A DNA stretch of 64,000 nt, from the NCBI RefSeq assembly GCF_000150275.1, contig NW_002060947.1:5547723-5611722 (forward strand), given 5' to 3'. The stretch comes from Trichoplax adhaerens (lineage: Eukaryota > Animalia > Placozoa). Positions 39,881 through 54,490 of the stretch are shown in pieces. The position numbers and the translations under genes were made by a program. Position 1 is the first letter of the stretch. Every line of letters starts with the position of its first letter. A model generated the notes under the pieces. The model saw nothing but the letters and a program-made list of their open reading frames with translations. It searched no databases and had not been told where the DNA came from.

Positions 39881-42800
39881 ATGGATGCAAATCTTCATAA
39901 CAGCATCAGTGATGATGATGAAGATGAAAGCTCAAGTGATGACACATCGGATGATTGTCAATCAAATGATACAGACATTGAAGAAGACGAAGAGGGAAGC
40001 GATGACATGGATCATAAAATCCATCTAGCATTGAAAGCTATTCATGCTGCAAACAGTTGTGCTGCAAAGGAGAATTATGGTCGTGCTTTTGCCTATTACT
40101 TACTTGCATTGCAACTTCAACCTAATTGTAGAGATTCAATTCGTAGCCATTTTATTATAGTATGCCGTAAATGGTGCGATGAATTGGAAGCATTAGGTAA
40201 AATTGATGATATGTTCAATTGTTATGAAAATGCTCGACAAGCTTTACCTGATTGTGAAGAGATTTACAACAATATTGGTGCTAAACTGTTCAAGTTTGGC
40301 CATCGAAATTCAGCTATCCAGTATTTCCATAAAGCTTTACAAATTAATCCACAACTTGCTCGAGCTACCGAAAATCTACAAAACATTTCTAATTTATTAG
40401 TCGAACGATGGCATTTCTGTATGCTAAATGATATTACTCGCAATTCAAGTTATCGCGATGCAATCGATCGTGCAATCGCTAGCGATGCTCGTGCTAGTGT
40501 ATTAGATATTGGCAGTGGAAGCGGTATTTTAAGGTACAAATTAAAATCAAAAATCATGGACAGACTTAACTAAAGCATGCTATCTGAAAATTTTCATCAT
40601 ATCATTATGTTTAACTGAGTAAAATTTTAAAATGAGAATCATGCCAATCTTTTCCTATTCCACCACAGTGAATAATACGCGTATTGTTATCTTCTTTTTT
40701 ATCTTTCAACAGTATGCTGGCAGTCAAAGCGGGTGCTAAAGATGTATATGCATGTGAAATGTCCGATGTATGGCATGATATTTCCAAACAAGTCCTCCTC
40801 GATAATTGTATGGACAAGAATGTTAAATTAATTAAAGCTAAATCGACTAATTTAATGATACCAGAAGATATTCCTGATAGGTATACATGTCAAATGGCTT
40901 CAATTCGATCGTCGTGTAATATACGCGTACTGAATGTAAATCAATTTTAAGATGAATCGCCATCTGTACAATCATCAAGTAGGCAAAGACTAGAAAGTAA
41001 TTAATTTATTATGATTGTATACTTATTTTTAGGGTATCTTTAGTAGTTACTGAAACTTTAGACTCTGGTGTCTTGGGAGAAGGCATTATTAAATTCATTC
41101 AACATGCCTGGCGAGATTTATTAACAGTAAATACCGCACCTGTTCAAGATGATAATATTACCGACTCCAATCAATTATCAAGGTATACTATTTTTAATAT
41201 AGATTATAATAAGGTTTCATCTAGTTAGTATTATTACTGGTGTCTACTATCAATTGTAACTATGACTACATTGCTAGCACTATATTCCATTTTTACCAGC
41301 CATATTGATAATAAGAAAAATCATCCAGTTGGCAAAGTCATTCCTGCCGGAGTAACCATTTATATTTGTGCCATTGAGTGCGAATATATTCGTCGGGAGA
41401 GTAGGTAAAGTATTTTATCTCACTGTTCAACAATACACTCGATTCATCATCTAATTTTGGTGTGCCTTTTCTTTATTATGATATGATAGATTATTACACA
41501 GCAATATTCAGGGATTGGATGTAAGCAAGTTACGCTTGATTGGTAATAGTGAAAATATGGCTATCAATAAAGTCGACGATTACATGGCAGAACCTTACAC
41601 AACTGAACGTCTGGCATTTCTTCCTGGTGGTTGCAAATATTTAACCGATGTCTGCAGTATATTACATCTCGACTTTAACTATCCACATGTAGGTCTTGCG
41701 CTAATTAGAAAAAATAAACCATATCTTTTCTTGTCTTTATACCTAATCCTTTCCATCATATGGATTACTTTTAGATTCTTCATCCTCCAATGTACCTTAA
41801 TAAGAAATTCAAATTAAAACTAGATTGTGTACAAACTGGGCGAATTGATGCTATTGCCATGTGGTTTAATCTACAACTAGATGATAAGATTGCTTTTACA
41901 ACATCGCCTGGTAGCAATCTCAGCTGGGAACAAGCAATTTATCCAATCAATTCAAGTTCTTTGATGGATAAAATCTATACCGCTAGTGTGGTTGACGGCA
42001 ATGTCAATCAAACTGAGATTGATAAATTGCTAACAATGCAATCACAAGATATGGTTGAGATCTCTATCCAGTGTACACCTAAATATGTCGATTTAGAAGT
42101 TGAAAATATTTATGTATATAATAAGCAGCTTAACTGTAACACGATTCGGTTACCTAATCAATCTGCATTCTTTCATGGCCCAGCTAGCGAGCTCTTTGAA
42201 CATTATATTGACAGAAGAGAATTATGCCGGTTGAATGATAGTGTTTATCATTCTCGGTTTTCATTCGCTATTAAAGACTTGATACAAAAGATGGCGTTAA
42301 TGAAACAATCAGAAGGCAATGATTCAACTATTAAAGTTATGGATTTAATGCAAGGTGTATCTTTGATTGGCATTCTAGCAGCTCAACAAGGTTTACCAAT
42401 TGTAGATTTATTTCTGATTTGTATTTTTACACTTGTATCATAATAATTTGTTGTATGATACATTCCTTTTCAAATTTATACGATAGGTGCTGAAGTAATG
42501 ATTGTTGATCCACCAAATGATTTCGAACAATTATATAGTAGAATAATTGAGTATAACGATATTAAAAGTAAAATTAGTCCAGGTTGTGGAGATTTCGAAC
42601 AAGGTAATGATTATGATAAAGAAGCTGGGGTAAAATAATTTTAAATGAATTACTTTTCTTTATCCTGTATGTAATATACGGCAGATAAATTAGAAATGAT
42701 TTAAATATTCTTCCTGTTACAGATATAAAACATTTTGAGTGGGATATCCTTTTAAGTGAAATTGTTGAGCCATCTGGCGTACTAAAAGAACAAATTTTAG

Positions 42801-43707
42801 AAGATATTCACTTAGCAAGGTATATAGAGATATCTTAACGTATTTGATCAAATTGTAAAAAATATACAAGTCAAATTATACAAATACTAACGTTTACTAC
42901 TAGGCAAATTGAATCTCAAAGAAAGAGATTCGTCATTCCTAATAAAATTACGGTATATGGCTTGTGCATCTCATCGTTGCCTTTGAGATCGAAATGTTTG
43001 GTATTAGATGATAACAACACTCTTGGATTTCGAATTAAAGACTTTATTAATGAATATCGTGTAAGAACTGAATATTTGATATTCATTATTAATACAACCT
43101 ATTCGATTTCAATTATGCGATTAAAAGTTTGATTTGAACTACCCCAGGTCATAACCCACATTGATATTGATCTCGCCAACTTGCCACATGAAAGACTAAG
43201 TTTACCATTTAAAATTCTTACTATCGATTTGAATTGTGAGGTATAAATGATGGTTAGCTGTTCCAATTTGATGTGTTGTGAAGTCTTTATGCTATTATCG
43301 TATTGATTAATGCGAAATATGCTAAAATTTCTTATGAAAAGGATACAATGAAAATGTTGGTACAAAAGTCCGTTGTACCTGTAAATATGATTAAATCTGG
43401 TAACCTTACTGCTGTCGTATATTGGTTCGTATTGGACTTGGATGATACTCATAAAATATCAACTGGACCTAATGCCTACGAAACGGTAAGTGAAGCTAGA
43501 ACATCTTTGAAATTAATTTCCTCGCTAATCTCATGATGTCGGTTTAATGAAAGTTGCTTGTATCATTTGCTGTATTATTAGAGTTTTTGGCATCAAGCTG
43601 GCGTTGTTTTTAAAACTGAAACGGCCGTTCAATGCGATCAAAAAATTATATTATCATGCTCATTATCAATTAGTACATTAGATATCATAATTACGAAGGA
43701 TGAATAA
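39881..43707 (+). CDS. PRMT9: Protein arginine N-methyltransferase 9 (acidic N-terminus, TPRs, two methyltransferase modules), about 12 exons
   Basis: TPR region [14 protein letters not shown]…[12 protein letters not shown]; [23 protein letters not shown]; motif [12 protein letters not shown]; VYACEMS; double-E loop [14 protein letters not shown]; EPYTTE; SWEQAIYP; second module ending FWHQAGVVF…KDE*. Confidence 0.95.
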
Positions 43708-44374
43708 ACCATTTAGAGTAACGGATCGAAATCCTTTTATTTATATTTCGCAATTACGATAAGATCTATGCGCTATTTAATAAAACATATCATCATAAAA
43801 TGGCTTTGAAGCAATTGAATGCAATATAATTTTACACAGTAATCTTGTAACCACGAAGAATTCTAGTTAAAAGTCAGGTGATGTTTAAGAGAAACATTTT
43901 ACCAAAGTGAATGTAAATAAGGGCCAAAATGTTTTACTGTAGATAAATCAAATCATTGTTACAGCTTAGAAAGTATAATGAACGAGTAATATATTCAGAA
44001 CAAATAGTAAATTTACATTTCAAATACCTTGATTATACTCGTATTTGGTAAATGTCATAATATTGCAAATGAAAATAAAGAGTTTAATTTCAAATGACAG
44101 TACGCTTTACACAAAGGAAATTAAAGCACGCAATTGTAATCCAGTAAGTAGAGTAGATTTTAACTGTGTTAAATAAGTGCAAAAATGCCATCGTATTAAT
44201 ATATCATCTAGTTATTAGATACTATTGTGAACCCTTACAGCAATTTTATATTCGAAGAGAAAAAAATAAAATATTTCTCAGCAGTAAAATCGATAATCTA
44301 AACTTTGATTTCTTAAGTGAAAGCGCTGAAGAAAATTATTGTATATATAACCAATTATTGATATAGCTATTTCC

Positions 44375-46796
44375 TTACATTAATTCAAATGATCTTAGAA
44401 CTCGTAAAGTTTTTAATTTCTGAAGTGTTTTTAAGCGAAATTTCTCTTTAATTTCATTAAATATTAAAATATTTTCAGGTTTTTCTGATCTCCAGAAGGA
44501 ATCAAATTCAACTATCAAATAGCCTGAAAGTAAAAGACATCAAATGTTAACTCAAGTTATTTACCTTAAATAAGCAAATTCATTTCCGTTTCAAGAAAAC
44601 TCGGTGCACCGTATGTAGTATACTGATATAGGTAACTATGTAATTAGCTAAATAAGTAATGTAGAAAAAAATAAAGAAATAGTCAATACTCACAGTAGAC
44701 TTTGTGAAATTCATCCAAGGTAGCAGAGACATTGGAATAGTAAAAATGAGGCTTTAAAGCATTACTGACTAGTAATGAATAGGCCATATTGGTTAAATGA
44801 ATCCCAACTATAGCCATAGAATAGCTGTAGTGGTATAATCAGAGAAAGGGTAGTAATCATATGAGTAAAAGTGATCAACACTTGCTTCTGGCTTAGCGAA
44901 ATGTGTGATAAAAATTGAAATTACCCATAAGTAGGATGGTGAGAATGGCTCAAAATCTTGCGAGCAACCTGTGTATAATTCTCAGTAAAATATCTATGGT
45001 AGAATAGATAAATGCAATGGTTGATCATTCATGACTAGACTTACAATACGTGTCGAAATGTTTAGAGCATTTAATTAGCATAAAAGTAAGCTTAAATGTA
45101 GAACAGTAAAAAGAGAGCCTCGTTCCAGTAGTCCTAAAATTGTAACATACTTTTCCATCTTTGTATAGATTTAGAACAAAAATAAAGTAATCACATTACA
45201 TCAAAAGTGGTCTTGAACGCATAATGGTAGAATAGGTCTCTCCGGAATAGTCAATAGCTTAAAATTGCATCTACTTTTTTCATAGTTTACATTTTACAAC
45301 GATAACTAGCTAACGATTAAATAGTGGGCTTCAATGCAACATAGTAGAAAAAATAGTATCGTTGCAGATATCAATAGTTTAAAACGGTATCTACTTCGCT
45401 TCATATGTACATAATAACAGAAAATCAGGGACAAGTTATACTACTAGGAAGGTTAACATTATAAAAAAATTAGTAATTTGGTAGATCATTACTTACACAA
45501 GTTGTTCTAAGCCTAACAGCCCTAAATATACATTAGAAAAGCATTGCGTAAATATCATGATGTACTAACTATTATCAAAATTACGCTGGGAATAAAAACA
45601 AGAATTTGTACCCATTCCCCTGAAATCAGTCTCAGGGTTAGACCCCTGGAATCCAATTTCTGTCCATTGCGGACTAATTCGTTGTTCAAGCTGATTATCC
45701 GGGCATAATAAATCCCATAGCTAAAGAATAAAATCAAGACTTTAGCTGATAAATATCCACCACAGTCTTTCCGATAGATATAATTATCTTATCATTAAGT
45801 AAAAAAGACAGTCATCTTAAGATTTATAGATAAAGTAGAAATATATTCTAAGGGCAAACAAAACGTTCAACAAGGATATTCATAGTACGTTTGTAGATAT
45901 TTCATCCATGGATAAACAATTGTGTCGCGTTTTACCTTCATTAACATTGTTTCATGTTGTTTATTATTGGAATCGTAAGTCGTACTTCTGATAGTTTCGA
46001 CATGATCTTTTAATTGCGAATAAGTACATATTTGGACCAAGCACTTGCTTAAACTGCAAATAAATCTATCAAAGCAAAAATTGAATTGATATTGTATCGC
46101 AAAGAGGAAAAATAACCTGATTGATGCATCAATTTGATACAATCGATTACAAGGGGGAAAAAATCAGCCGCCATGACGATGATCACATACGGCATTACTT
46201 CAAACAAGTATAATGTTAACGGCGCTAAACTATATGCAATAAGACTAAGAAGAATAATCTACCCAGTTGAAAGCTATCCTTTAGGCTGTTTAACTTACTC
46301 GCTATTAATGGATGATTCATGATTAATTTTCTTAACAACGGCAATGTGTTGAACAGCATCGTTTACATTGATCCCTAATGATGTTGTAATCTTTCTTAAA
46401 CTCTATTGGATTAAGAGATAGCATGGTGTCTAATTAATATGTCTTGTTGATGACTTTGTAATGATACACACAATTTTTTCATGCAGTAAATTCACATGGA
46501 AAAGGTTAAAACGTCTACAAATATTGATATAAATAGAATTGAAATTTTGATAAACTAGTTCGAGGTAAGTATCGCTATTTCCAAGTTGAGTTTAAATTGA
46601 CACTACGTGACGTTTGTCGATTTACCTCAGTCTTGGAAGTGCCAAGGGATTTTTCCACAGCCGTAGTCCTATCACCAGTTTCATTGCAACTTTTGCAAAT
46701 TCGTTGCAGTTCACACGTTCCAGTTAGCCAACGATAAATCGATTTCATGATACCGTTAATGACCGACAGAAGATACTTTACTATTGGAGCAAACAT
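44375..46796 (-). CDS. ELMOD2: ELMO domain-containing protein (ELMOD1/2 type), Arf/Arl GAP, ~8 exons
   Basis: YRWLTGTCELQRIC; YDSNNKQHETMLMK|LWDLLCP; GAP consensus WTEIGFQGSNPETDFRGM|GLLGLEQLV|YFTENY (with a ~25-nt micro-exon near 45497-45521); YSMAIVGIHLT; EFDSFWRSEKPENILIFNEIKEKF. Confidence 0.93.
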
Positions 46797-47599
46797 GTTG
46801 GCGAAAGAGGCGTGCAGCCTACAAAAGTCTTGCGAATCAACTGCAATAAAGACAACATCTTGAGCCAATTGTAATAAGAATGGAAATTATGAACTACAGT
46901 CAAAGTTAATAATGATCCAATGATGATAATACTATAGACTAGTGGAGAAAGGAAGAGTCCAATAGGATAGAAAAGCGATGGTGATTACGTTACTCTTCTA
47001 CGTCACTAAAATCACTTATTATTTGTTTTCAGAGTTCATTTTTCACCCTCTCTCTCTCTCTCTTAATATCCCTATAGTCATATAAAGAGAGCACTGAGAG
47101 AACAATCGGCTACAGTTTATATTGGACTTTTACATGTACCGTAAAAAACTGAACAGTTTACTATATAAAAAACATTTCAAATCTATTTAGTATTGGCATA
47201 CGGTATGATTGGGCTATGGCATAGGTAGATGCTATTAATATTATATCCATTTATAGAACAATGATATTATCGATGAAAGGAAAGCTTATAACTTCATCTG
47301 TACGACCATATCTACTATATGGTGTAGAACTGACTTATTACGGTAAAAATGTAAATTTAAACTGTTTAAGGTGATTAAGCGAAGCCAGGATACCACCTTA
47401 CAACAAGAAAGATGTTAATTGCAGAATCAGTAAGACAAGCATCCCATGGGTATAACGTTAGAATTCTAATTAGACATCGACCATGCCCATTATTAATTGT
47501 CATTTAAAATAGAAGGCGGCCAATCAAAGACAGATAGTATTGACATGTCGCAAAATAAATTAGGAAAATAGACATTGTACTCGATATTAACCTATTGCA

Positions 47600-48420
47600 G
47601 GAAATCAAAATGGCGATATCAGGCAATCCATCTTATATTAGCGATAGAGTACGATAGCTGGAGAGTAAACTAGGAAGAATATACATTAAGTAGTTTATGC
47701 AGACTGATTTGTAAGACAGGAAGCATTTGGATGTAAACTGGCGTAATGAGACTACATATAAATTAATTGACAAACAGTAAAAATTGAGTTACAGGGGTTT
47801 GGACGATCATGCATACGAGTCTATACTGTATTGGCCATATACGCGTCTATAAAAAGTCTTTTACATTATTTTCAATACAGCAGAAAGTCTACCAAATAAA
47901 GATTTTAGGATCCGACAAGCAATGGATATTGTTCATGCATTATAGAGCAAATTCTAGATCACGTAGGGCATTTGAGACAGTCTATTACTAGAGATAATAT
48001 AATAGCACATTTAAGATGGATAACACTGTACGTATTGATATGTTGTAAAGCAAATATGAAATACATAAGATACTTTTGATAATCAATTGAGCAAATAGTA
48101 CAAGACACATAATGTTTAGGTCACATTCAAAATTTATGAAATAGACAAGATACAAATAGTAGGTTACATGAGCTAATAGCTAAGATAGATAGCGGATATG
48201 ATACGGCTAAAACCCTATCTCGGCTAATATGTATAATATATACGTATGTTGCAAAGCAAAGTATAAAAATGAATAAAATACCGTAGATCGTCAATTGTTT
48301 GAGCTTATACTCGTAGTATGGATAGGCAAGATTTATGTATTGCAAAGCAATTATATAGAATAGATATGACAATGTTGATGATAGATTACTTTATGCAATA
48401 GCTTAGCTTTATCCATCATT
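47600..48420 (-). pseudogene. Probable decayed class A GPCR pseudogene fragment
   Basis: ORF 48127-48372 carries a hydrophobic stretch followed by IIHISRDRVLAVSYPL, which resembles TM3/ICL2 ISxDRxxAVxxPL. The surrounding frames are broken. Confidence 0.35.
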
Positions 48421-49687
48421 TCAATCTATCCATGCCAGTATTAATGATATGCAGTAAGATCATTACGATCTGGCTTGTCGTAGTAGGTCATTTAGAATAC
48501 GTATAATTAAGGTAGAAATGCAACTGAGTTTAGAAGACAATAAGCATTCCTATACAGGTTCATAAGTTTATCAAGTATAATTATATGATTACGCATAGGG
48601 TAGTCGATTAGCTTGCAATTAGCAAGTATTTTTGCTGTAAGTTCATTGTGGACAGGGGTAGACATGCACAATACTGTCGAAGGATAGATACAAAGTTCTT
48701 GCAATGTTGTCAGGAAAGTAAAAAAATTCTCCAAAATCTTTAGCAATAAACACCAAATAAATTGATATACCATTTCTATCTCATAACAGTTCCAATCTTC
48801 TGTCTAAAGTACAACTATCTACTTCATAGTTTGCTTTTAAACCATCTACAGCATATAACGGAATCGGTGATTTAGTATTCTAAAGCGAATAAGGCCTTCA
48901 ACATGAATCTCTATATAATTACGATACATTGATGATTTGAATTGTAGCAAATTTAGTGAGGACAGCGATTGATTTTTGCCTATCCATAACAACTACTAGG
49001 GTAAATTCTATGGTCTAATGAATAATACGTCATTTGGTGTTGTATTAACTATCCTTTCACTTGGATTCTATTGCCAAGCACAAAGGAAGACTGATGCAAC
49101 AGTGTAGCACTGCTGTCGTTATAACAAGAAAGCAATGTCAAAATGATGTTAATTTCTTTCTAGTAAAACATGGGATATTTTAATATCAGCGAGATGAACG
49201 ATATTGTAAGGGAAAAGAAGTCAAAAATAAATCGTAGAAGGAATACGCATGTTGCTCACAGGGGGAAGATTTTACTTGCTAGGCACGTCTAAATGATCGT
49301 GTAGAGCAATTAGCTAGCATCGACAAAGGCAGTAAATGATCCTTCAAGTCGATAGTAAAGTAAGAAAATTTTGTTGTAGTACGTCATTAAAAGGATTAAC
49401 CAAATCGACGATATCAACGATAAAAATAAGACAACAGATAAACGCATATAAGCAGGAATGAAACTAATGTTTACCATCTTCATTTTCGTAAGTTTTTACT
49501 ATCTAGAGCAAAATCACTGCTGATCCTACTATCGCCTACAGTAAATCAGTTGGAAGAAAATGATTACCCATTGAGGAGAATGAATAAGGCGATTGTAATT
49601 ATTTATGAATTTCGTCACTGCTAGAAGAAATTGTTTCCTTCATGCTATTTCTAACTACTAATATTATATTTCCGTTTGGAAATCAAA

Positions 49688-49708
49688 TAACCCTAACCCT
49701 AACCCTAA
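49688..49708. repeat. Interstitial telomeric repeat (TAACCC)3.5
   Basis: TAACCCTAACCCTAACCCTAA. Confidence 0.75.
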
Positions 49709-51020
49709 TCAAATGACAAGATTCATCTTGAAGTTTCTCCTGTTGGCGTGTATCTGATATGGATTGAATGGCACGATTGGTCATGATAGGGAATCGTCAT
49801 GCTAATTCCTGGTAGCGCGATAGGAATGATTGATTGCTTGGCTCTACTATCACCGTTGCTATTCCACTTTATCCAACAAGAATGGACAAGTGGTATCGTA
49901 CAATCGCAAGATATTCTGAGTTTCTTGTTTCATGGAATTAATCCATCCATGATTATATATGATGAAAAGGTTAAGGGAATAATCAAGCTGGTATTTGTGC
50001 CATCGATGTCGAAATCAATTCAATCATATCAACAACTTTGGTGCAACCAGGATTGGATCCTAAACAGCATTAGACTCCCATTCTACCATGATATCAGTCT
50101 CATAGATCAACTCCTCTACAACAATAGTCTACTATACTTTTTAAGTGGAAAATAGGCTTGACGATGGCTTTGATGATGACGAATTCATTGATCAGAATTT
50201 GAGAGGAGTGGCTACAAACGAGCAAACTTTGAATCCTTCTCAACGGGATGATACCCACTACTGCGTCTATCCTTCCATTGATTGATACAATACAACGACG
50301 ATATTTCTTCTCATCAACAAGCTGTGATAATTCAAGATGGAATTGGATCAAATATTGAAGAAGAATGAAAAACCATCAAGAATAAAAAGCAACAAATCAA
50401 GACGGTAGGACACTCCATCGCCAACTGCAAGGAATGCCTAGTGGGATAATCAAACTCATTTCGCTTGCCAATCCCTTACGATGGTGGAATATCCAAAAGC
50501 GAAAGGTAACCCAATGGATTAACCTTCTACTGAGATCTACTGGTTCTACACTTCTTGGTACTGTATCGATCATTTTCAACGATCAAGGCATACTTAAACT
50601 AACCTAATAATGATAAAATGGAGGCCGATAGGGCTTTAAAAGGGCAAGATGGTGCTTTTCGTCGCTTTCTTTTTCAATCAGGACTGATCGATGGCGGAGC
50701 TAAGTTATAGGATAGAGTATGGAAATGAGCTCATCTAGCCTGCAGTTGTAGGTGGTAGTATCCGCTGGAATTTTCCGATTTATTTTACAGAGATTCGTAT
50801 AGCATCTATGGACTGACTGAAGCAGTCCCTATCATCAGTATCAATCGATGGCACCCCATACCACCATGTCTATCTAATGGACATCGTGTCCACTGGATTG
50901 GTTAGGGGTCCAATCAGGAGTTATCGACCTATACTGGATATGCAATGCAATGGGATAACTGCTAGTCGATCAACATGGATTCTACTCCATTCCTGACAGA
51001 CAAGCAGCCATGGCCATTAG
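49709..51020 (+). mobile_element. Decayed retroelement- or virus-like insert next to telomeric repeats
   Basis: GC-richer, coding-like but stop-riddled segment. Open frame 50386-50605 reads DGRTLHRQLQGMPSGIIKLISLANPL, resembling polymerase motif B. Confidence 0.25.
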
Positions 51021-51049
51021 GTCTCGTGAAGTAGAAATTGATTATTCTA

Positions 51050-53220
51050 TAGCAGATAGTTGATTATCAGAGCTTATACACTCTACTGTCTAGAAGTACA
51101 AGTATCCATTATTCCACTTATGCTAGAAATAATGGTAGCGATTGCTTTCTAACTTTGTATAGACGTAACATTCAACTACTGCAGAACACAACTGATTTCA
51201 CTCTCAAAGAAGACAGCATATAAAAATGATGATTAGTATTGAAATCGACTACGACGTAAATTGTTCATTTATACTACTATTCAAGGTGTATTTGCACCGT
51301 GACAAGCAGATAGTTTATCATCCGGCTATAGACCAGCTTATGTACTGTTTAGAAGTAGAATTATCCATTATTCCGCTTACGCTAGAAGTAATAGTAACCG
51401 TTACTTTATAATCTGGAACGCAACTAATTTCACACTCAAGGAAGACAGCAAATAAAAATGATGATTTTAATATTAAAATCGACTGCGGCGTAAATTGTTC
51501 ATTTATACTACTATTCAAGGTGTATTTACACCGTGACAAGCAGATAGTTTATCATCCGGCTATAGACCAGCTTATGAACTGTTTAGAAGTAGAATTATCC
51601 ATTATTCCGCTTACGCTAGAAGTAATAGTAACCGTTACTTTATAATCTGGAACGCAACTAATTTCACACTCAAGGAAGACAGCAAATAAAAATGATGATT
51701 AATATTGAAATCGACTACGGCGTAAATTGTTCATTTATACTACTATTCAAGGTGTATTTACACTATGACAAGCAGATAGTTTATCATCCGGCTATAGACC
51801 AGCTTATGTACTGTTTAGAAGTAGAAATATCCATTATTCCGCTTACGCTAGAAGTAATAGTAACCGTTACTTTATAATCTGGAACGCATTTCACACTCAA
51901 GGAAGACAGCATATAAAAATGATGATTAGTATTGAAATCGACTACGGCGTAAATTGTTCATTTATACTACTATTCAAGGTGTATTTACACTATGACAAGC
52001 AGATAGTTTATCATCCGGCTATAGACCAGCTTATGTACTGTTTAGAAGTAGAAGTAATAGTAACCGTTACTTTATAATCTGGAACGCAACTAATTTCACA
52101 CTCAAGGAAGACAGCATATAAAAATGATGATTAATATTGAAATCGACTACGGCGTAAATTGTTCATTTATACTACTATTCGAGGTGTATTTACACTATGA
52201 CAAGCAGTTAGTTTATCATCCGGCTATAGACCAGCTTATGTACTGTTTAGAAGTAGAATTATCCATTATTCCGCTTACGCTAGAAGTAATAGTAACCGTT
52301 ACTTTATAATCTGGAACGCAACTAATTTCACACTCAAGGAAGACAGCATATAAAAATGATGATTAGTATTGAAATCTACTACGATACAAATATTAAATTT
52401 AAACTACTATTCAAGGCGTATTTACACCGTGACAAGCAGATAGTTTATCATCCGGCTATAGACCAGCTAGCTAATGTACTGTCTAGAAGTAGAAGTACCC
52501 TATATTCCGCTTACGCCAGAAGTAATCGTAACTGTTACCTTAGAACCCAGAACGCATCTGATTTCACACTCAAAGAATTCAACATATAAAATCTACGATT
52601 AGTATTGAAATCGACTACGATACAAATACTTCGTTTATACTACTATTCAAGTTGCAGTTACACCGTGACAAGCAGATAGTTTTATCATCCGGCTATAGAG
52701 CAGCTTATGTACTCTACCATCTACAAGCAGAATTATCCATCATTCCGCATACGCTAGAAGTAATAGTAAGCGTTACTTTATAATCTAGAAGGCAACTAAT
52801 TTCGCGCTCGAAGAAGATAGCATATAAAACCTACTACGACATAAATAGTTAATTTAGACCACTATTCATGATGTTTTGCACAATGACAAGCAGATAGTTT
52901 ATCATTCGGCTATAGACCAGCCTATGTATTTTACTGCCTAAAAGTAAGAGTATCCTTTATTCCGCTTGCGCTAGAAGTAAATGCGATCATTACTTTATAA
53001 TCTAGATAGCAACTGATTTCACACTCATACAATGTAACATTAAATCTACGATTAGCGTTGAAATCCACTACGACATAAATACTTCATTTCTATCACTACA
53101 TAAGGTGTATTTGCACCTTGATAAATAGATAGTCAAGGCTATGCGCGTAGTCCAGCTTATGTACTCTACTATCGACAAGTAGAATTATCCATTATTCCGT
53201 TTACCCTAGAAGTAATAGTA
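51050..53220. repeat. 233-bp tandem repeat, ~9 copies, homogeneous core with degenerate edges
   Basis: ATGATGATTA.TATTGAAATCGACTAC…GACAAGCAGATAGTTTATCATCCGGCTATAGACCAGCTTATG…CCGCTTACGCTAGAAGTAATAGTAACC at 51226, 51459, 51692, ~51919, 52124 and 52356, with more diverged copies to ~53220. Confidence 0.95.
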
Positions 53221-54490
53221 GCCAGTGCTTCATACGATGTTAGGTTATAGGACTGATGGATAATTGAGAGATAGATCAATACCTATTTGGATGATCTGAT
53301 TGTGTAGGCTTAGGATATTAAATAAGTATTCATTTTGGCTTACGATATTAAAAGCCAGTAGGTATTCATGGGTGCTGTATAGTGGCAGTAGGCTATGAAA
53401 TTTACTTATAGCAATAGATTGTTGTCACAACCTCGATTGGGTGGCTTAAGGAGATAATATAAAGTAGGGGTATTCTGCCTTCGTCGATCCAGTAAAACCA
53501 CCTCGCATTTTAATATGGAGTAAAATAACTCTTCAAATACCTATTATCCCACAGATAACTTTGTAACCAACGTGTTTACTATGCTACTGTACAGAGCATA
53601 CTCTAATAACTCAATAGTTAATTAGTTTTATGCTTTCACCACAATTGTACAGTCTGGTAGCTTTTAAAGTAAAGAAATAGTCAAGACGTTCCTTATTCAT
53701 TTCTTATTGTGCTTCGTACCGATATACTACTACTTGTACGCTAGAAATAACTAGCCTTTGCTTAACATAATGTTTAAGCTATCGAGCTAATGCATAAGTC
53801 CGATCAATACCTATCTTGATGATATTATTAAAGTAAATGCTTATGATCTAAAATGGACAATTAGCGGTGTAGTAACAGTAGATTCTTGAATTTAGATATA
53901 GATATTGCATAGTCCACCAGCTTTAAAATGTAGAAATACGCGTAGTCAAGACCTTTCTCATTGGCTTCAAATACACTTTAATGCAAATATACCGGTAGAT
54001 TCCACATACTGTACGCATTATTGTAACTAATTCAACTTGTCAAAATTCAGAAAGATCATTTTTCATACTATGATAAGAGACCGATGTGTGTCTTGTCATC
54101 AGGACTTTAGACCAGTTTATGTACTCTACTGTCTATAAGTATATATATTTATTATTCTGCTTACGCTGGACATAACTCTAATCATTGCTTGATTCTGTAT
54201 TTAAGTTATATGGCTAATGCATTATATAACAAAGTCACAAACTGAATTGAAATCTATTGATCAATAACGCATGGTTAGGAAATGGATTATAGAATCTATC
54301 GCTGGTCAACCATGCTAATTAAAACACTTGTCAACTAGAAATTTCTTTTTAATATTCGATGTAATCATTATTATAATCTTCGATAAGCTTATTGACGTAT
54401 CATTTTCTCGTGCAATAAGGTTACACTGCGAAAAAGACATGAATATGGGACAAGATGACAATTACTATTGCAAAAATGGCCTTATAGCAG

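Noticed and set aside
51226-52589. Family of 61-77 aa ORFs (MMISIEIDY…)
   Set aside because: They are by-products of the 233-bp tandem repeat, which is not a multiple of 3, and other units are disrupted.
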